NCBI GenBank assembly: GCA_963845565.1
Contig: CAWJSJ010000002.1
Span: 864,001-928,000 of the forward strand
Direction of reading: 5' to 3'
DNA: 64,000 nt
DNA from: an uncultured Methylomirabilota bacterium
Lineage (GTDB): Bacteria; Methylomirabilota; Methylomirabilia; Methylomirabilales; 2-02-FULL-66-22
Position 1 is the first letter of the stretch; each line of letters begins with the position of its first letter. A program made the translations under genes and the position numbers. The notes below the pieces were generated by a model. That model had not been told where the DNA came from and made no database searches. It saw only the letters and a program-made list of their open reading frames with translations. This document shows positions 9,043 to 18,340 of the stretch, piece after piece.

Positions 9043-9146
9043 GCCGTTGTCAAAGAATAACCTGACCGGAGAAATTCCGGAACCGGCATAAGGAGCCGTA
9101 ACGAAATTAAAACAAATTGGCCAAGTTATTTCGTAACGGCTCCTAA
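9041..9146. mobile_element. MITE-like element, family B, copy 1
   Basis: gagccgttgtcaaagaataa ... taaggagccgtaacgaaat ... ttatttcgtaacggctcctaa. Other copies at 58836-58940 and 13655-13700. Confidence 0.78.
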
Positions 9147-9156
9147 GACACAATGT

Positions 9157-9227
9157 GAAACGGACAACCGCCAATAGAAAGCCAGGCAATGGCATTGACC
9201 GGTTTTCCGTTATCAGTTTTTGTTTTC
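9157..9227. repeat. Degenerate inverted 7-mer array
   Basis: aacggac aaccgcc aatagaa ... cggtttt ccgttat cagtttt tgttttc. Confidence 0.4.
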
Positions 9228-9246
9228 TCATTGAAGGGAGAGTCTC

Positions 9247-10020
9247 ATGGATCTGGGATTGAAAGATCGCGTGGCCATCGTGACAGGCGGAAGCAAGGGG
9301 CTGGGTCGGGCCGAGGCCGAAGCCTTGGCGGCCGAAGGGGCGGCGGTCGTTGTGGCCACCGCCAAGAGCGTGACGGAGGGCGAGCAGGTGGCGCGCGAGT
9401 TGCTGGCCAAAGGCGGCCGCGCCATCTCGGTTCAGGCAGACGTCAGCCAGGCGGCGGACGTGCAGCGGCTGGTGGATAGCACGCTGAAGACCTTCGGCCG
9501 GCTGGACATCCTGGTGAACAACGCGGGAACCACCGGACCCCACCTCAACAAGCCCCTGGTGGAGATGCCGGAAGAGCTGTGGGATTTCATGATCGGGAAT
9601 CATCTCAGGAGCGCCTTTCTGTGCATCAAGTACGCGGCGCCGCACATGATCTCCCAGGGCTGGGGCCGGATCATCAACACCTCCTCGGTCCACGGGCGGG
9701 TCGGCGGACGGCCCAGCCTGGGCCATTACGGGGCTGCGAAGGCGGGCGTGGTTGCTCTTACCATGACGGCGGCTCGCGAGCTCGGGCCCAAAGGCATCAC
9801 GGCCAACGTGATCGCGCCCGGATTCATCGGCACCGAGACCCTGCGCGGCATCTTGCCGGCGCCGACGCTGGAGAAGCTCAAGCAGCAAATCCCGCTGGGG
9901 CGGATCGGCGAACCGGCGGAGGTCGGCCGGGTCGTCGCGTTCCTGGCGTCCGACGCCGCCTCGTATCTGAACGGGGCGGTGCTGGACATCAGCGGCGGCC
10001 GCCTGGAATATTTCCTGTAA
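9247..10020 (+). CDS. SDR family oxidoreductase (FabG-like)
   Basis: TGGSKGLG, NNAG, YGAAKAG, NVIAPGFI and IPLGRIG. Confidence 0.92.
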   Translation: MDLGLKDRVAIVTGGSKGLGRAEAEALAAEGAAVVVATAKSVTEGEQVARELLAKGGRAISVQADVSQAADVQRLVDSTLKTFGRLDILVNNAGTTGPHLNKPLVEMPEELWDFMIGNHLRSAFLCIKYAAPHMISQGWGRIINTSSVHGRVGGRPSLGHYGAAKAGVVALTMTAARELGPKGITANVIAPGFIGTETLRGILPAPTLEKLKQQIPLGRIGEPAEVGRVVAFLASDAASYLNGAVLDISGGRLEYFL

Positions 10021-10059
10021 AACGCACCGCTGGACGCCAAGAGATTGACGGACCGGGAC

Positions 10060-10132
10060 AACCACAGATTCCACAGATTCCGCGACGGAGCCTATTCCAA
10101 GAGCCTCTGCGAAATCTGTGTAATCTGTGGTT
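10060..10132. repeat. Inverted 9-mer tandem arrays (CCACAGATT ... TCTGTGTAA)
   Basis: aaccacagat tccacagat tccgcga ... tctgcgaaa tctgtgtaa tctgtggtt. Confidence 0.8.
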
Positions 10133-10201
10133 CCAATCGGGGTCGTGGTTTGTGGCGGTTGTTTGGGGGTGGGGCAACACTTGCATGAACGGAGAGTAGG
10201 A

Positions 10202-11761
10202 GTGAGCGACAAAGTCATCAGTGCGCGTGCGGCGATCGATCTCATCAAGGCCGGCGATACGCTGGCGATCCACGGCGCCGGCGGCGGCAACGTGGAGCCG
10301 GACCTCCTCATCAAGGCGCTGGCGGAGAAGTTCGCCGAGACGGCCCAGCCTCGAGACCTGACCGTCGTGCACATCTCGGGCCTCGGGGACTGGAAGGAGA
10401 CCGGCCTCAACCAGCTCACGGGCGACGGGATGATCCGGCGCGACATCGGCGGCCACTACGGGATGTCTCCCAAGTTCGCCCAGCTCATCCTCGACAACAA
10501 GATGGAGGCGTACTGCTGGCCCCAAGGCGTCATGTCACAGTGGCTCCGCGAGGTGGCGGCCGGCCGGCCCGGCCTGGTCACTCACATCGGCCTCAAGACG
10601 TTCATCGATCCCCGGGTGGAGGGCGGAAAACTGAACTCTCGGACGACCGAAGAGCTGATCGAGGTCGTGACGCTGGCCGGGCGAGAATGGCTCTTTTACA
10701 AAGCATTTCCGCTCAACGTCTGTTTCGTGCGAGGCACCACCGCCGACGAGAAGGGCAACATCACGCTGGAGCAGGAGCCGGCGTTCCTGGAAGTCTTGCC
10801 CATGGCGATGGCGACCCGAAACTCGGGTGGGATCGTCATCTGCCAGGTGAAGCGGCTGGCGCAGGCCGGTACTCTTCATCCAAAGATGGTCAAGATTCCC
10901 CACACCATGGTGGATTACGTCGTGGTGCATCCGGAACAATGGCAAAGCGTGGTGAGCGAGTACAATCCAGCCTTCAGCGGCGAGGTGAAGATCCCGGTCT
11001 CCTCGTTGACCCCCATGCCGCTGGACGAGCGGAAGGTGATCGCGCGCCGCGCCGCGCTGGAACTGACCGGGCTGCCGCGCGCCGTCCTGAACATGGGCGT
11101 CGGCATGCCCGACGGCGTAGCGCTGGTGGCCGCCGAAGAGGGGATCGCCGATCGCATTACGCCGACGATCGAGCAGGGAATCACGGGTGGGATTCCGGCT
11201 CCCGGCGTCATCTTCGGGATGTCCTCGAACCCCGAGGCCATCCTGGACCAAGGGTATCAGTTCGACTTCTACGACGGCGGCGGCCTGGACCTTACCTTCC
11301 TGGGCATGGCGGAGGCCGACCAGCACGGCAACGTCAACGTGAGCAAGTTTCAAGGCCGGATGCCGGGCGTCGGGGGCTTCGTCAACATCTCCCAGGGTGC
11401 CAAAGCGGTCGCCTTCTGCGGCACCTTCACGGCTGGCGGACTGGAGGTAAGGGTGGGGGATGGACGGCTCCAGATCGTGAAGGAGGGCCGGTTCAAGAAG
11501 TTCGTCCCCCAGGTGGCGCAGATCACCTTCAGCGGCGAGCTGGCAGCCGAGTCCGGGCAGCGGGTCCAGTTCATCACCGAGCGGGCAGTCCTCGTCATCA
11601 CCAAGGGCGGGGTTATGCTCACCGAGATCGCGCCGGGCGTGGACCTGGAGAAAGACGTGCTGGGGCAGATGGCGTTCCGGCCGAAGGTCGCACCCGACCT
11701 GAAGCTCATGGATGCGCGAATCTTCCTGGCGGAACGGATGGGCCTCGCCGAGGCCATGTGA
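10202..11761 (+). CDS. Acyl-CoA:acetate/3-ketoacid CoA transferase (YdiF/propionate CoA-transferase family)
   Basis: GTG start after GGAG. Motifs GLKTFIDPR, RGTTADEKGN, NMGVGMP, catalytic TIEQG, FDFYDGGGLD and GGFVNI. Confidence 0.92.
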   Translation: MSDKVISARAAIDLIKAGDTLAIHGAGGGNVEPDLLIKALAEKFAETAQPRDLTVVHISGLGDWKETGLNQLTGDGMIRRDIGGHYGMSPKFAQLILDNKMEAYCWPQGVMSQWLREVAAGRPGLVTHIGLKTFIDPRVEGGKLNSRTTEELIEVVTLAGREWLFYKAFPLNVCFVRGTTADEKGNITLEQEPAFLEVLPMAMATRNSGGIVICQVKRLAQAGTLHPKMVKIPHTMVDYVVVHPEQWQSVVSEYNPAFSGEVKIPVSSLTPMPLDERKVIARRAALELTGLPRAVLNMGVGMPDGVALVAAEEGIADRITPTIEQGITGGIPAPGVIFGMSSNPEAILDQGYQFDFYDGGGLDLTFLGMAEADQHGNVNVSKFQGRMPGVGGFVNISQGAKAVAFCGTFTAGGLEVRVGDGRLQIVKEGRFKKFVPQVAQITFSGELAAESGQRVQFITERAVLVITKGGVMLTEIAPGVDLEKDVLGQMAFRPKVAPDLKLMDARIFLAERMGLAEAM

Positions 11762-11900
11762 CGGGGGCCATCTGGACGCCGTGGCATGGCAGGTCACGCG
11801 CGGGGCTTACGGTCGCCTGGTTTCCTCTGCTCCCGGTTGCCGCGGTCGTTATCACGGGGGCCGTGTGGGCGCTTGGGCGGGGTGGGGGCCCGAGCGGCCG

Positions 11901-12605
11901 ATGCCGGAAGCGAGGTCCGTCGTGGACGAACCGATCGTGCACATCCCCAGGGCCGGCCTCATCGTCTGGGTGACCGCAGGGAGCGACGAAGATGTGGTAC
12001 CCGTCGTAGAGGCCCTCCATCGCGGCGGGGTGACGGTCGTTGCCATCCAGGTGGCGACACCAGCACTCCCCCAGGCGATTGGTCGCGCCCGCGCGGCGTT
12101 CCCGCGCCGAGTCCTCATTGGGGCGGCGGGCGTTCGCACGGCCGAGGAGGCGCGCGAGGCGGTTCGCGCCGGCGCGGAGTTCGTCCTCGCGACGCATGCG
12201 GATCCCGAGGCGATCCGGGCCTGTCAGGATGCCAGCGTGTTGGCCATTCCGAGCGCCTTTACCCCGACCGAGATCCGACAGGTGTGGAACCTGCGGACGG
12301 GCCTGGTAGCGCTCTTCCCCGCGGGCCGCGTGGAACCCGGCTACGTCCGCGATGTCCTCCGGACGATGCCCGACGTTCGTGCGGTTGCCATGGGGGGCGT
12401 TACGCCAGAGAATGCGGGCGAATTTATCCGAGCGGGTGCCGCCGCCGTCGTGGCGATTGAGGAAGCCCGCGCAGGCGAGGCGCGCGATTACGACACCCTG
12501 ACGCGTCATGCGCGCGCGTTCATCGAGGCGATCGATCGCGCTCGGGCGCGGTTGGCCCGGCCTGCGCCCCCCGTGCGCCCCATCGAAGGACCAGACATTC
12601 GGTAG
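11901..12605 (+). CDS. KDPG/KHG aldolase (Eda)-like protein lacking catalytic Lys/Glu
   Basis: The fold motifs VLIGAAGV, AGAEFV, TPTEI and GGVTPEN are retained, but VKxFPA reads VALFPA and IEIT reads IQVA. Start uncertain. Confidence 0.75.
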   Translation: MPEARSVVDEPIVHIPRAGLIVWVTAGSDEDVVPVVEALHRGGVTVVAIQVATPALPQAIGRARAAFPRRVLIGAAGVRTAEEAREAVRAGAEFVLATHADPEAIRACQDASVLAIPSAFTPTEIRQVWNLRTGLVALFPAGRVEPGYVRDVLRTMPDVRAVAMGGVTPENAGEFIRAGAAAVVAIEEARAGEARDYDTLTRHARAFIEAIDRARARLARPAPPVRPIEGPDIR

Positions 12606-12679
12606 CGACCGGCGCCGAGCGGTGATCGCGCGGGCGTGACGCCGCCGTCGAGTCGGCCACGCATTCACATTAGGCAGTT

Positions 12680-13657
12680 ATGGACTACCAGATCATCGCA
12701 ACGCTCGGCCCCGCGAGTGACGGCGCAGCGACGTGGCAAGCGATGCTCGCGGCCGGGGTGACCGGATTTCGCCTGAATACCTCCCACCTGTCTCTCCCGC
12801 AATTGGAGGCCTGGGTCGAGCGGCTCGGCGCTTTTCTGGCTGCACAAGTTCCATCGCCGCCCCTGGTCCTTGACCTGCAGGGAAGCAAGTGGCGTCTGGG
12901 TCAGTTTCCCGCCTGCGAGCTTACCGACGGGCAGCGGGTGACGCTGGTGTGTGCGGCGTCCACCGAGCGCCCCAACGAGCTGCCGGTGCCGCACCCGGAT
13001 TTCTTCCGTGCGGCGCCGCTCTCCAGCGGCGAGATCGTGCTCAACGACGCCAAGGTGCGGCTGCGGCTTGAAACGCAGGAGGCGGACGCACTGCACGCGC
13101 GCGTGACCGCGGGCGGCCCGATCATCCCGCGCAAGGGGATCACGTACACCGCGTCCATGCATCGCCAGGAATCGCTGAGCGACACGGATCGGGCGATTCT
13201 GACGTACACGCAGCACCTCCCAGGCATCCGGTATGCCCTGTCGTACGTGAAAGATGCGACGGAGATGGCCAATTACCGGGCGCAGATCGGCCGGCCGGCC
13301 TGTCTGACCGCCAAGCTGGAGCGGCGGCCGGCTATGGACGAGGCGATGCAGATCGCGGCGACCGCTGACGAGGTATGGTTGTGCCGGGGCGATCTCGGCG
13401 CCGAGCTGGGCGTGACGGCCATGGCGGCCAGCGTCTATCACTTTTCGGAACGTGTGGGCGCGATGCCGGTGCCGGTGCTGCTGGCGGGGCAGGTCTTCGA
13501 GCATATGGTCGAGCACCCGACCCCAACCCGGTCGGAAGTCTGCGCGGTATATGATGCGCTCAGGAAGGGCTATCGGGGGTTTGTGCTGTCGGACGAGACG
13601 GCGATCGGCCGCGACCCGGTCGAGAGCTGTCGAGCGGCCGCGCTGTTCCGGGGGTAG
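12680..13657 (+). CDS. pyk: Pyruvate kinase-like protein (A/B domains only, no C-terminal domain)
   Basis: IIATLGPAS, FRLNTSH, DLQGSK, AKLE, RGDLGAE, PTRSEV and LSDETAIG; 325 aa. Confidence 0.8.
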   Translation: MDYQIIATLGPASDGAATWQAMLAAGVTGFRLNTSHLSLPQLEAWVERLGAFLAAQVPSPPLVLDLQGSKWRLGQFPACELTDGQRVTLVCAASTERPNELPVPHPDFFRAAPLSSGEIVLNDAKVRLRLETQEADALHARVTAGGPIIPRKGITYTASMHRQESLSDTDRAILTYTQHLPGIRYALSYVKDATEMANYRAQIGRPACLTAKLERRPAMDEAMQIAATADEVWLCRGDLGAELGVTAMAASVYHFSERVGAMPVPVLLAGQVFEHMVEHPTPTRSEVCAVYDALRKGYRGFVLSDETAIGRDPVESCRAAALFRG

Positions 13658-13700
13658 GCCGTTGTCAAGGAATGGCCACGTTATTTCGTAACGGCTCCCA
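13655..13700. mobile_element. MITE-like element, family B, internally deleted copy
   Basis: taggccgttgtcaaggaatggccacgttatttcgtaacggctccca retains only the two outer ends. Confidence 0.68.
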
Positions 13701-13787
13701 AGCGGCCGGCGGGAGACCGGCCGGAAGGCCGGGCGCATCGGTTCGAATCGCCGGTGCCGCGGCGGCCGGATGAATGCTGGGGGAAGG

Positions 13788-14243
13788 ATGCAGATCTGGG
13801 TCGACGATGATGGGTGTCCGCGAGCCACCATGGATCTCCTGTTGCGGGTGGCCGAACGGCGCGGCATCCCGGTGGTGCGGATCGCGAACCGCGCTATCCC
13901 GCAGTACGGATCCCCGCTCGTCCGCGCCGTGCGTGTGGGGTCGGATTTCGACGCGGCGGACCGCTACATCGCAGAGCACGTCACCGCGGGCGACCTGGTG
14001 ATCACCGCAGACGTTCCGCTGGCGGCCGAGATCGTGGCGCGCGGCGCGCTCGGACTCAGCCCGCGGGGCGAGGAGTTCAACCCCGAGAACGCGGGCGGCA
14101 AGCTCGCCATGCGGGACCTGATGCGCGACCTTCGCGCGGCCGGCGCGGTGCAGGGCGGGCCACCCTCGCCCGGCCCCGCCGACCGGCGGCGGTTCACCGA
14201 CGCGCTCGACCGAATCCTCACGCGCCTGGCCCCGCGGCCGTGA
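13788..14243 (+). CDS. YaiI/YqxD family protein (DUF188)
   Basis: MQIWVDDDGCP, FDAADRYI, GDLVITADVPLA and PRGEEF. Confidence 0.9.
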   Translation: MQIWVDDDGCPRATMDLLLRVAERRGIPVVRIANRAIPQYGSPLVRAVRVGSDFDAADRYIAEHVTAGDLVITADVPLAAEIVARGALGLSPRGEEFNPENAGGKLAMRDLMRDLRAAGAVQGGPPSPGPADRRRFTDALDRILTRLAPRP

Positions 14244-14323
14244 CTTCGTGCTGGAGCATAAATGGTGCGGGGGTTTCCAGGAAGATCAGCGGGATCGCGC
14301 CGCGATCCCCAGGGGGTTTTGAC

Positions 14324-15073
14324 ATGACATCTCTGCGCACGCTCTCGATGGTTTCGCTGGTGCTCGCTCTCCTGCTACCATGGCCGCTGGAGGTCCCCGC
14401 CGCGGAGGGACCGGATGCGGCGCGGCGTCAGGAGGTTGAAACGATTATCCGCGAGTATCTCCGGGCGCACCCCGAGGTGGTGATGGAGGCCCTCCAGGAG
14501 ATGGAGCGGCGCGAACAGGATGCCCAGCAGCGGCAGCGGGCCGAGACCATCCGCGGGCGCCTGGCGGACCTGACCCAGGACCCGGCGAGCCCCGTGGGCG
14601 GGAACCCGAAGGGGTCGGTCACGATCGTGGAGTTCTTCGACTATCAGTGCGGCTACTGCAAGCGCGCGGCGGCCGAGATGAAGAAGCTTCTCCAGGCGGA
14701 TCCAGACGTCCGGGTGGTGTACAAGGACCTACCGATCCTGGGGCCCGCGTCGGTCTTCGCGGCTCGCGCGGCGCTGGCCGCCCAGAAGCAGGGGAAACAC
14801 GGGGCACTACACACGGCCCTCCTGGAAACGAGCGAGCGCTTGACCGACCAAGAAGTCCTTCGGCTGGCCGCGCAGGCCGGGTTGGACACGGCACAACTGG
14901 AGAAGGACATGGCCGATCCGTCCGTGACGGCGGCGCTGGATCGGAACTTCCAGCTCCAGCGGGCGCTCAACATCCAGGGGACACCGGCCCTGATCGTCGG
15001 CACCGAGTTCATCCCGGGTGCGGCCAATCTCGACACGCTGAAGGAGCTGGTGGCGCGAGCGCGCAAGCAGTGA
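14324..15073 (+). CDS. DsbA family thiol-disulfide oxidoreductase (Com1-like), exported
   Basis: Signal peptide; IREYLRAHPEVV; EFFDYQCGYCK (CXXC); cis-Pro motif IQGTP. Confidence 0.9.
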   Translation: MTSLRTLSMVSLVLALLLPWPLEVPAAEGPDAARRQEVETIIREYLRAHPEVVMEALQEMERREQDAQQRQRAETIRGRLADLTQDPASPVGGNPKGSVTIVEFFDYQCGYCKRAAAEMKKLLQADPDVRVVYKDLPILGPASVFAARAALAAQKQGKHGALHTALLETSERLTDQEVLRLAAQAGLDTAQLEKDMADPSVTAALDRNFQLQRALNIQGTPALIVGTEFIPGAANLDTLKELVARARKQ

Positions 15074-15118
15074 GGCGGGTGTCCGGGACGGCAGGCGCCC
15101 AGTTTCCGACGCGCGAGG

Positions 15119-16000
15119 CTACCTGGCGAGGTGGTCCCCCAGGAGGAGGACGATCTTCGACCAGTCTTCCTGACCCATGCCCGCATCCACGGCGTGCTTC
15201 CAGTACTGGTACGTGCAGGCGTTGATGGGCAGGCGAAACTTGGCGCGGCGGCCGAGCTTTCCGACGAGAGACATGTCCTTGCGGACGATATTGAAGCTCG
15301 CGCCGCTGTCGTAGGTTTCAGGCAGGATGAATTTGGGAAATCGAACTTCCGTGGTGTAGCTGCGCGCGTTCCCCTGGTTGAAGACCTCCAGCATGTCCCG
15401 CTTCGTCAGCCCCAGCCTTTCCCCCAGCGCAACCCCCTCGCAGGTCGCCGCGAAGACCGCGTGGGACACGTGGTTGTGGACCAGCTTCATCACGTGCCCG
15501 CTGCCCACCGGCCCGACGTGCAGGGCCCGCTTGCTGATGGCCTGAAACACCGGCAGACAGCGCAGGTACACGTCCCGATCGCCGCCGACCATGAGCAAGA
15601 GCTGTCCGGCTTTCGCCCCGGTCGCCCCCCCGGTCATGGGGGCGTCGAGATACGCGACGCCCTTCGTGGCCAGCCGATCCGCCATGGGCCTGGTATACTG
15701 TGGGTCGCCCGTGGTCATGTCCACGACCACGCTTCCCCTGGTCGCCCCCCGGGCAACCCCGGCCTTTCCGGAGAGCACCTGCCGCACCGCGGCAGAATCG
15801 GGCACGACGATGAGGATGATCTCCGCCTGGCCGGCGAGCGCGGCGGGGGTTGGCGCCGCCTGCGCTCCGGCGGCGCAGACGGCCTCGACCGCCGCCGATC
15901 GGAGGTCGAAGACGGTCGTGGAAAACCCGGCGCGAAGGAGATTCTCGGCGATGGGCCGCCCCATGTTTCCGAGGCCGATCACTCCCAGCCGGATTGACAT
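15119..16000 (-). CDS. NAD(P)-dependent beta-hydroxyacid dehydrogenase (3-hydroxyisobutyrate DH/tartronate semialdehyde reductase family)
   Basis: GVIGLGNMG, DAPMTGG and GSGHVMKLVHN. Confidence 0.9.
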   Translation of the reverse strand: MSIRLGVIGLGNMGRPIAENLLRAGFSTTVFDLRSAAVEAVCAAGAQAAPTPAALAGQAEIILIVVPDSAAVRQVLSGKAGVARGATRGSVVVDMTTGDPQYTRPMADRLATKGVAYLDAPMTGGATGAKAGQLLLMVGGDRDVYLRCLPVFQAISKRALHVGPVGSGHVMKLVHNHVSHAVFAATCEGVALGERLGLTKRDMLEVFNQGNARSYTTEVRFPKFILPETYDSGASFNIVRKDMSLVGKLGRRAKFRLPINACTYQYWKHAVDAGMGQEDWSKIVLLLGDHLAR

Positions 16001-16020
16001 CGTCGTTCTCCGTCAGCCCG

Positions 16021-16554
16021 TCACTCCGCCAAGTACTTCCGATCCGACGCGACGCCAGGGCGCTGGTTGAGGATCTTCGCGCCGCGGCCCATGAAGACGG
16101 CGCCGGTGCGGGCTTGCTCCTTGACGCCGAAGGGCCGAAGCACCTCCAGAAACTTGTCCAGCTTGTCCGGCTCGCCCGTCGCCTCGAGCATCAGGGTGGT
16201 CGTGGAGACGTCCACGATCCGAGCCTTGAACAGTTCGGTCAGACTGACCACCTCTTGGCGCGTCTTGGCGGTCACCCCCACCTTGACCAACAGCATCTCG
16301 TGGGAGAGCTGGTCCGTGTCGGCGGTCACGTCCGCCACCTTGACGGCCCCGACGAGCTTTCGGAACTGCTTGGCGATCTGATCCAGCGCGGTGCTGGACC
16401 CCTCCACGACGATGGTGATCCGGGTGAGTCCGGGCAGCTCGGAGGCGCCCGCGGTGAAGCTCTGCACGTTGTAGCCGCGCCGGGCGAACAGGTTCCCCAT
16501 CCGCGCCAGCATGCCCGGCTCGTCCTGCACCAGCGCTACCAGGACGTGTCTCAT
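16021..16554 (-). CDS. ilvN: Acetolactate synthase small (regulatory) subunit
   Basis: MRHVLVALVQDEPGMLARMGNLFARRGYNVQSF (ACT domain); ATGA overlap with ilvB. Confidence 0.92.
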   Translation of the reverse strand: MRHVLVALVQDEPGMLARMGNLFARRGYNVQSFTAGASELPGLTRITIVVEGSSTALDQIAKQFRKLVGAVKVADVTADTDQLSHEMLLVKVGVTAKTRQEVVSLTELFKARIVDVSTTTLMLEATGEPDKLDKFLEVLRPFGVKEQARTGAVFMGRGAKILNQRPGVASDRKYLAE

Positions 16555-18239
16555 TGGTCCTTTGCCCTCCCCCGCGGGTCCTCCATGAAGTCGGCGTTGC
16601 TGGTGCCCGGCTGGACCATGGGGTACACGTTTTCGTCCTGCTCCACCTTGCAGTCCAGGAGGTACGGACCGTCCGCGTCGCGCGCGGCGGCAAAGGCCGC
16701 CGCCAGGTCGGCCGTGGCCGTGACGCGCCGCGCCGGGATGCCGTAGCTTGCGGCCAGCTGGACGAAATCCGGGCCGCTGATCGGCGTGCCGATGTACCGG
16801 GCGCCGTGGAAGAGCTCCTGCCACTGCCGGACCATGCCCAGGTAGCCGTTGTCCATGATTACGATCTTGATGGGCAACCGCTCCTGCGCCACGGTCGCCA
16901 GCTCCTGGAGATTCATCTGAAAGCTGCCGTCGCCGACGACGACCCAGACGGGATCGGTGGGATGGCCGGCCTGAACGCCGAGGGCGGCCGGGAGCGAGTA
17001 TCCCATGGTCCCGAGGCCGCCGGAGGTGAAGAAGCTGTTGAGACGGCGGAACCGGTAGTGCTGGGCCACCCACATCTGGTGCTGGCCGACGTCGCTCACC
17101 ACGACACCCTCACCTCCCGTGGCCTGATGGAGGGCGCGGATGACCTCTTGGGGCGGGAGGGGCCCCGGGGCGTGGACCGTCAGGGGATGGCGGTCGCGCC
17201 AGGCATCGATCTGGGCCAGCCATTCCCGATGATCGAGCTCCGGCAGGGCTGCCGTCAGGGCCTCCATCACGAACCGGACGTCGCCCACCATGGGAACGGC
17301 GGCGGGGACGCGTTTGCCGATCTCGGCCGGGTCGATGTCCACGTGGAGCAGCTTTGCCTGGGGGGCGAAGTGACGCAGGCTTCCGGTGAACCGGTCATCC
17401 ATGCGCATGCCCATGGCGATGAGCAGGTCGGCGTTCTGGATGGCCAGATTGGCCCAGGCCACGCCGTGCATCCCCGCCATGCCGAGGCAGAGCGGATGAT
17501 CCGCCGAGAGGGCGGACAGCCCCAGGAGGGTGCTCACCACCGGGGCGTTGACCCGCTCGGCGAAGCGCCGCAACTCCTCCCAGGCCGTGGCGACGTGCAC
17601 GCCGTGGCCGGCGAGCACCACGGGACGCTTGGCGTCCGCGATCACCTGCGCGGCGCGCTGGACCTGGTATGGTGCAGAGCGCACGACCGGACGGTAACCC
17701 GGGCGCGAAACCCGCTCCGGGTAATGGAACTCGCAGGGGGCGGTCAGGATGTCCTTCGGGATGTCCACCAGGACCGGGCCCGGCCGGCCGGTCCGAGCCA
17801 GGAAGAAGGCCTCGCGCAGGCTCCGCGCCAGGTCCCCGCTCTCCCGGACCAGGTAGTTGTGCTTGGTGATGGGCAAGGTGATGCCGGTGATGTTGATCTC
17901 CTGGAAGGCATCCGTGCCGATGACGGAGTCGGCGACCTGCGCCGTGATGGCGACCATGGGGACGGAATCCAGCATCGCCGTGGCGATCCCGGTGACCAGG
18001 TTCGTGGCCCCCGGCCCCGAGGTCGCCGCGCAGACCCCCACCTTGCCGGTGGCGCGGGCGTAGCCGTCCGCCGCGTGGGCGGCAGCCTGCTCGTGTCGGA
18101 CGAGGACGTAGTGGATCTGCGGGTACTTCCCGAGCGCGTCAAAGAGCGGCAGGGCGGCGCCGCCCGGATACGCCCAGACGACGTCGACGCCCTCGCGGAT
18201 CAGGCATTCCCAGACGACTTCAGCACCGGTATGCCGCAT
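16551..18239 (-). CDS. ilvB: Acetolactate synthase large subunit, biosynthetic type
   Basis: YPGGA, RHEQ, TSGPGATN, GMHG, DVGQHQMW, GDGSFQMN and GMVRQWQ. Confidence 0.96.
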   Translation of the reverse strand: MRHTGAEVVWECLIREGVDVVWAYPGGAALPLFDALGKYPQIHYVLVRHEQAAAHAADGYARATGKVGVCAATSGPGATNLVTGIATAMLDSVPMVAITAQVADSVIGTDAFQEINITGITLPITKHNYLVRESGDLARSLREAFFLARTGRPGPVLVDIPKDILTAPCEFHYPERVSRPGYRPVVRSAPYQVQRAAQVIADAKRPVVLAGHGVHVATAWEELRRFAERVNAPVVSTLLGLSALSADHPLCLGMAGMHGVAWANLAIQNADLLIAMGMRMDDRFTGSLRHFAPQAKLLHVDIDPAEIGKRVPAAVPMVGDVRFVMEALTAALPELDHREWLAQIDAWRDRHPLTVHAPGPLPPQEVIRALHQATGGEGVVVSDVGQHQMWVAQHYRFRRLNSFFTSGGLGTMGYSLPAALGVQAGHPTDPVWVVVGDGSFQMNLQELATVAQERLPIKIVIMDNGYLGMVRQWQELFHGARYIGTPISGPDFVQLAASYGIPARRVTATADLAAAFAAARDADGPYLLDCKVEQDENVYPMVQPGTSNADFMEDPRGRAKDQ

Positions 18240-18311
18240 GGCCGGAAACTCCCCTCCCTAAGGACCGAATGGTCGCGCCAGCGGGACCCCCTCCCGACTG
18301 GAGTGAGGGGG

Positions 18312-18340
18312 ACCATAACAGCCGCCCCCAAACGGGTCAA
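18312..18340 (-). promoter_or_regulatory. Sigma70-type promoter for ilvBN
   Basis: Minus strand TTGACC-17bp-TATGGT with an extended TG. Confidence 0.55.

Noticed and set aside
859..10132. Short repeats as a CRISPR array
   Set aside because: Units are 6-9 bp and tandem, with no 25-45 bp repeat-spacer periodicity and no cas genes.
7867..10446. Very long antisense ORFs (also 16554-18563, 27311-29419, 52877-55117, 55291-57354)
   Set aside because: They are shadow frames of well-supported opposite-strand genes in high-GC DNA and carry no recognisable motifs.
11759..11900. Sec read-through at other TGA stops, e.g. the CoA transferase
   Set aside because: The proteins are already full length, there is no Cys-equivalent position, and the downstream frame is not homologous.
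18240..18311. ilvB attenuator or leader peptide
   Set aside because: A hairpin is present, but there is no Ile/Leu/Val-rich leader ORF downstream of the predicted promoter and no U-tract.
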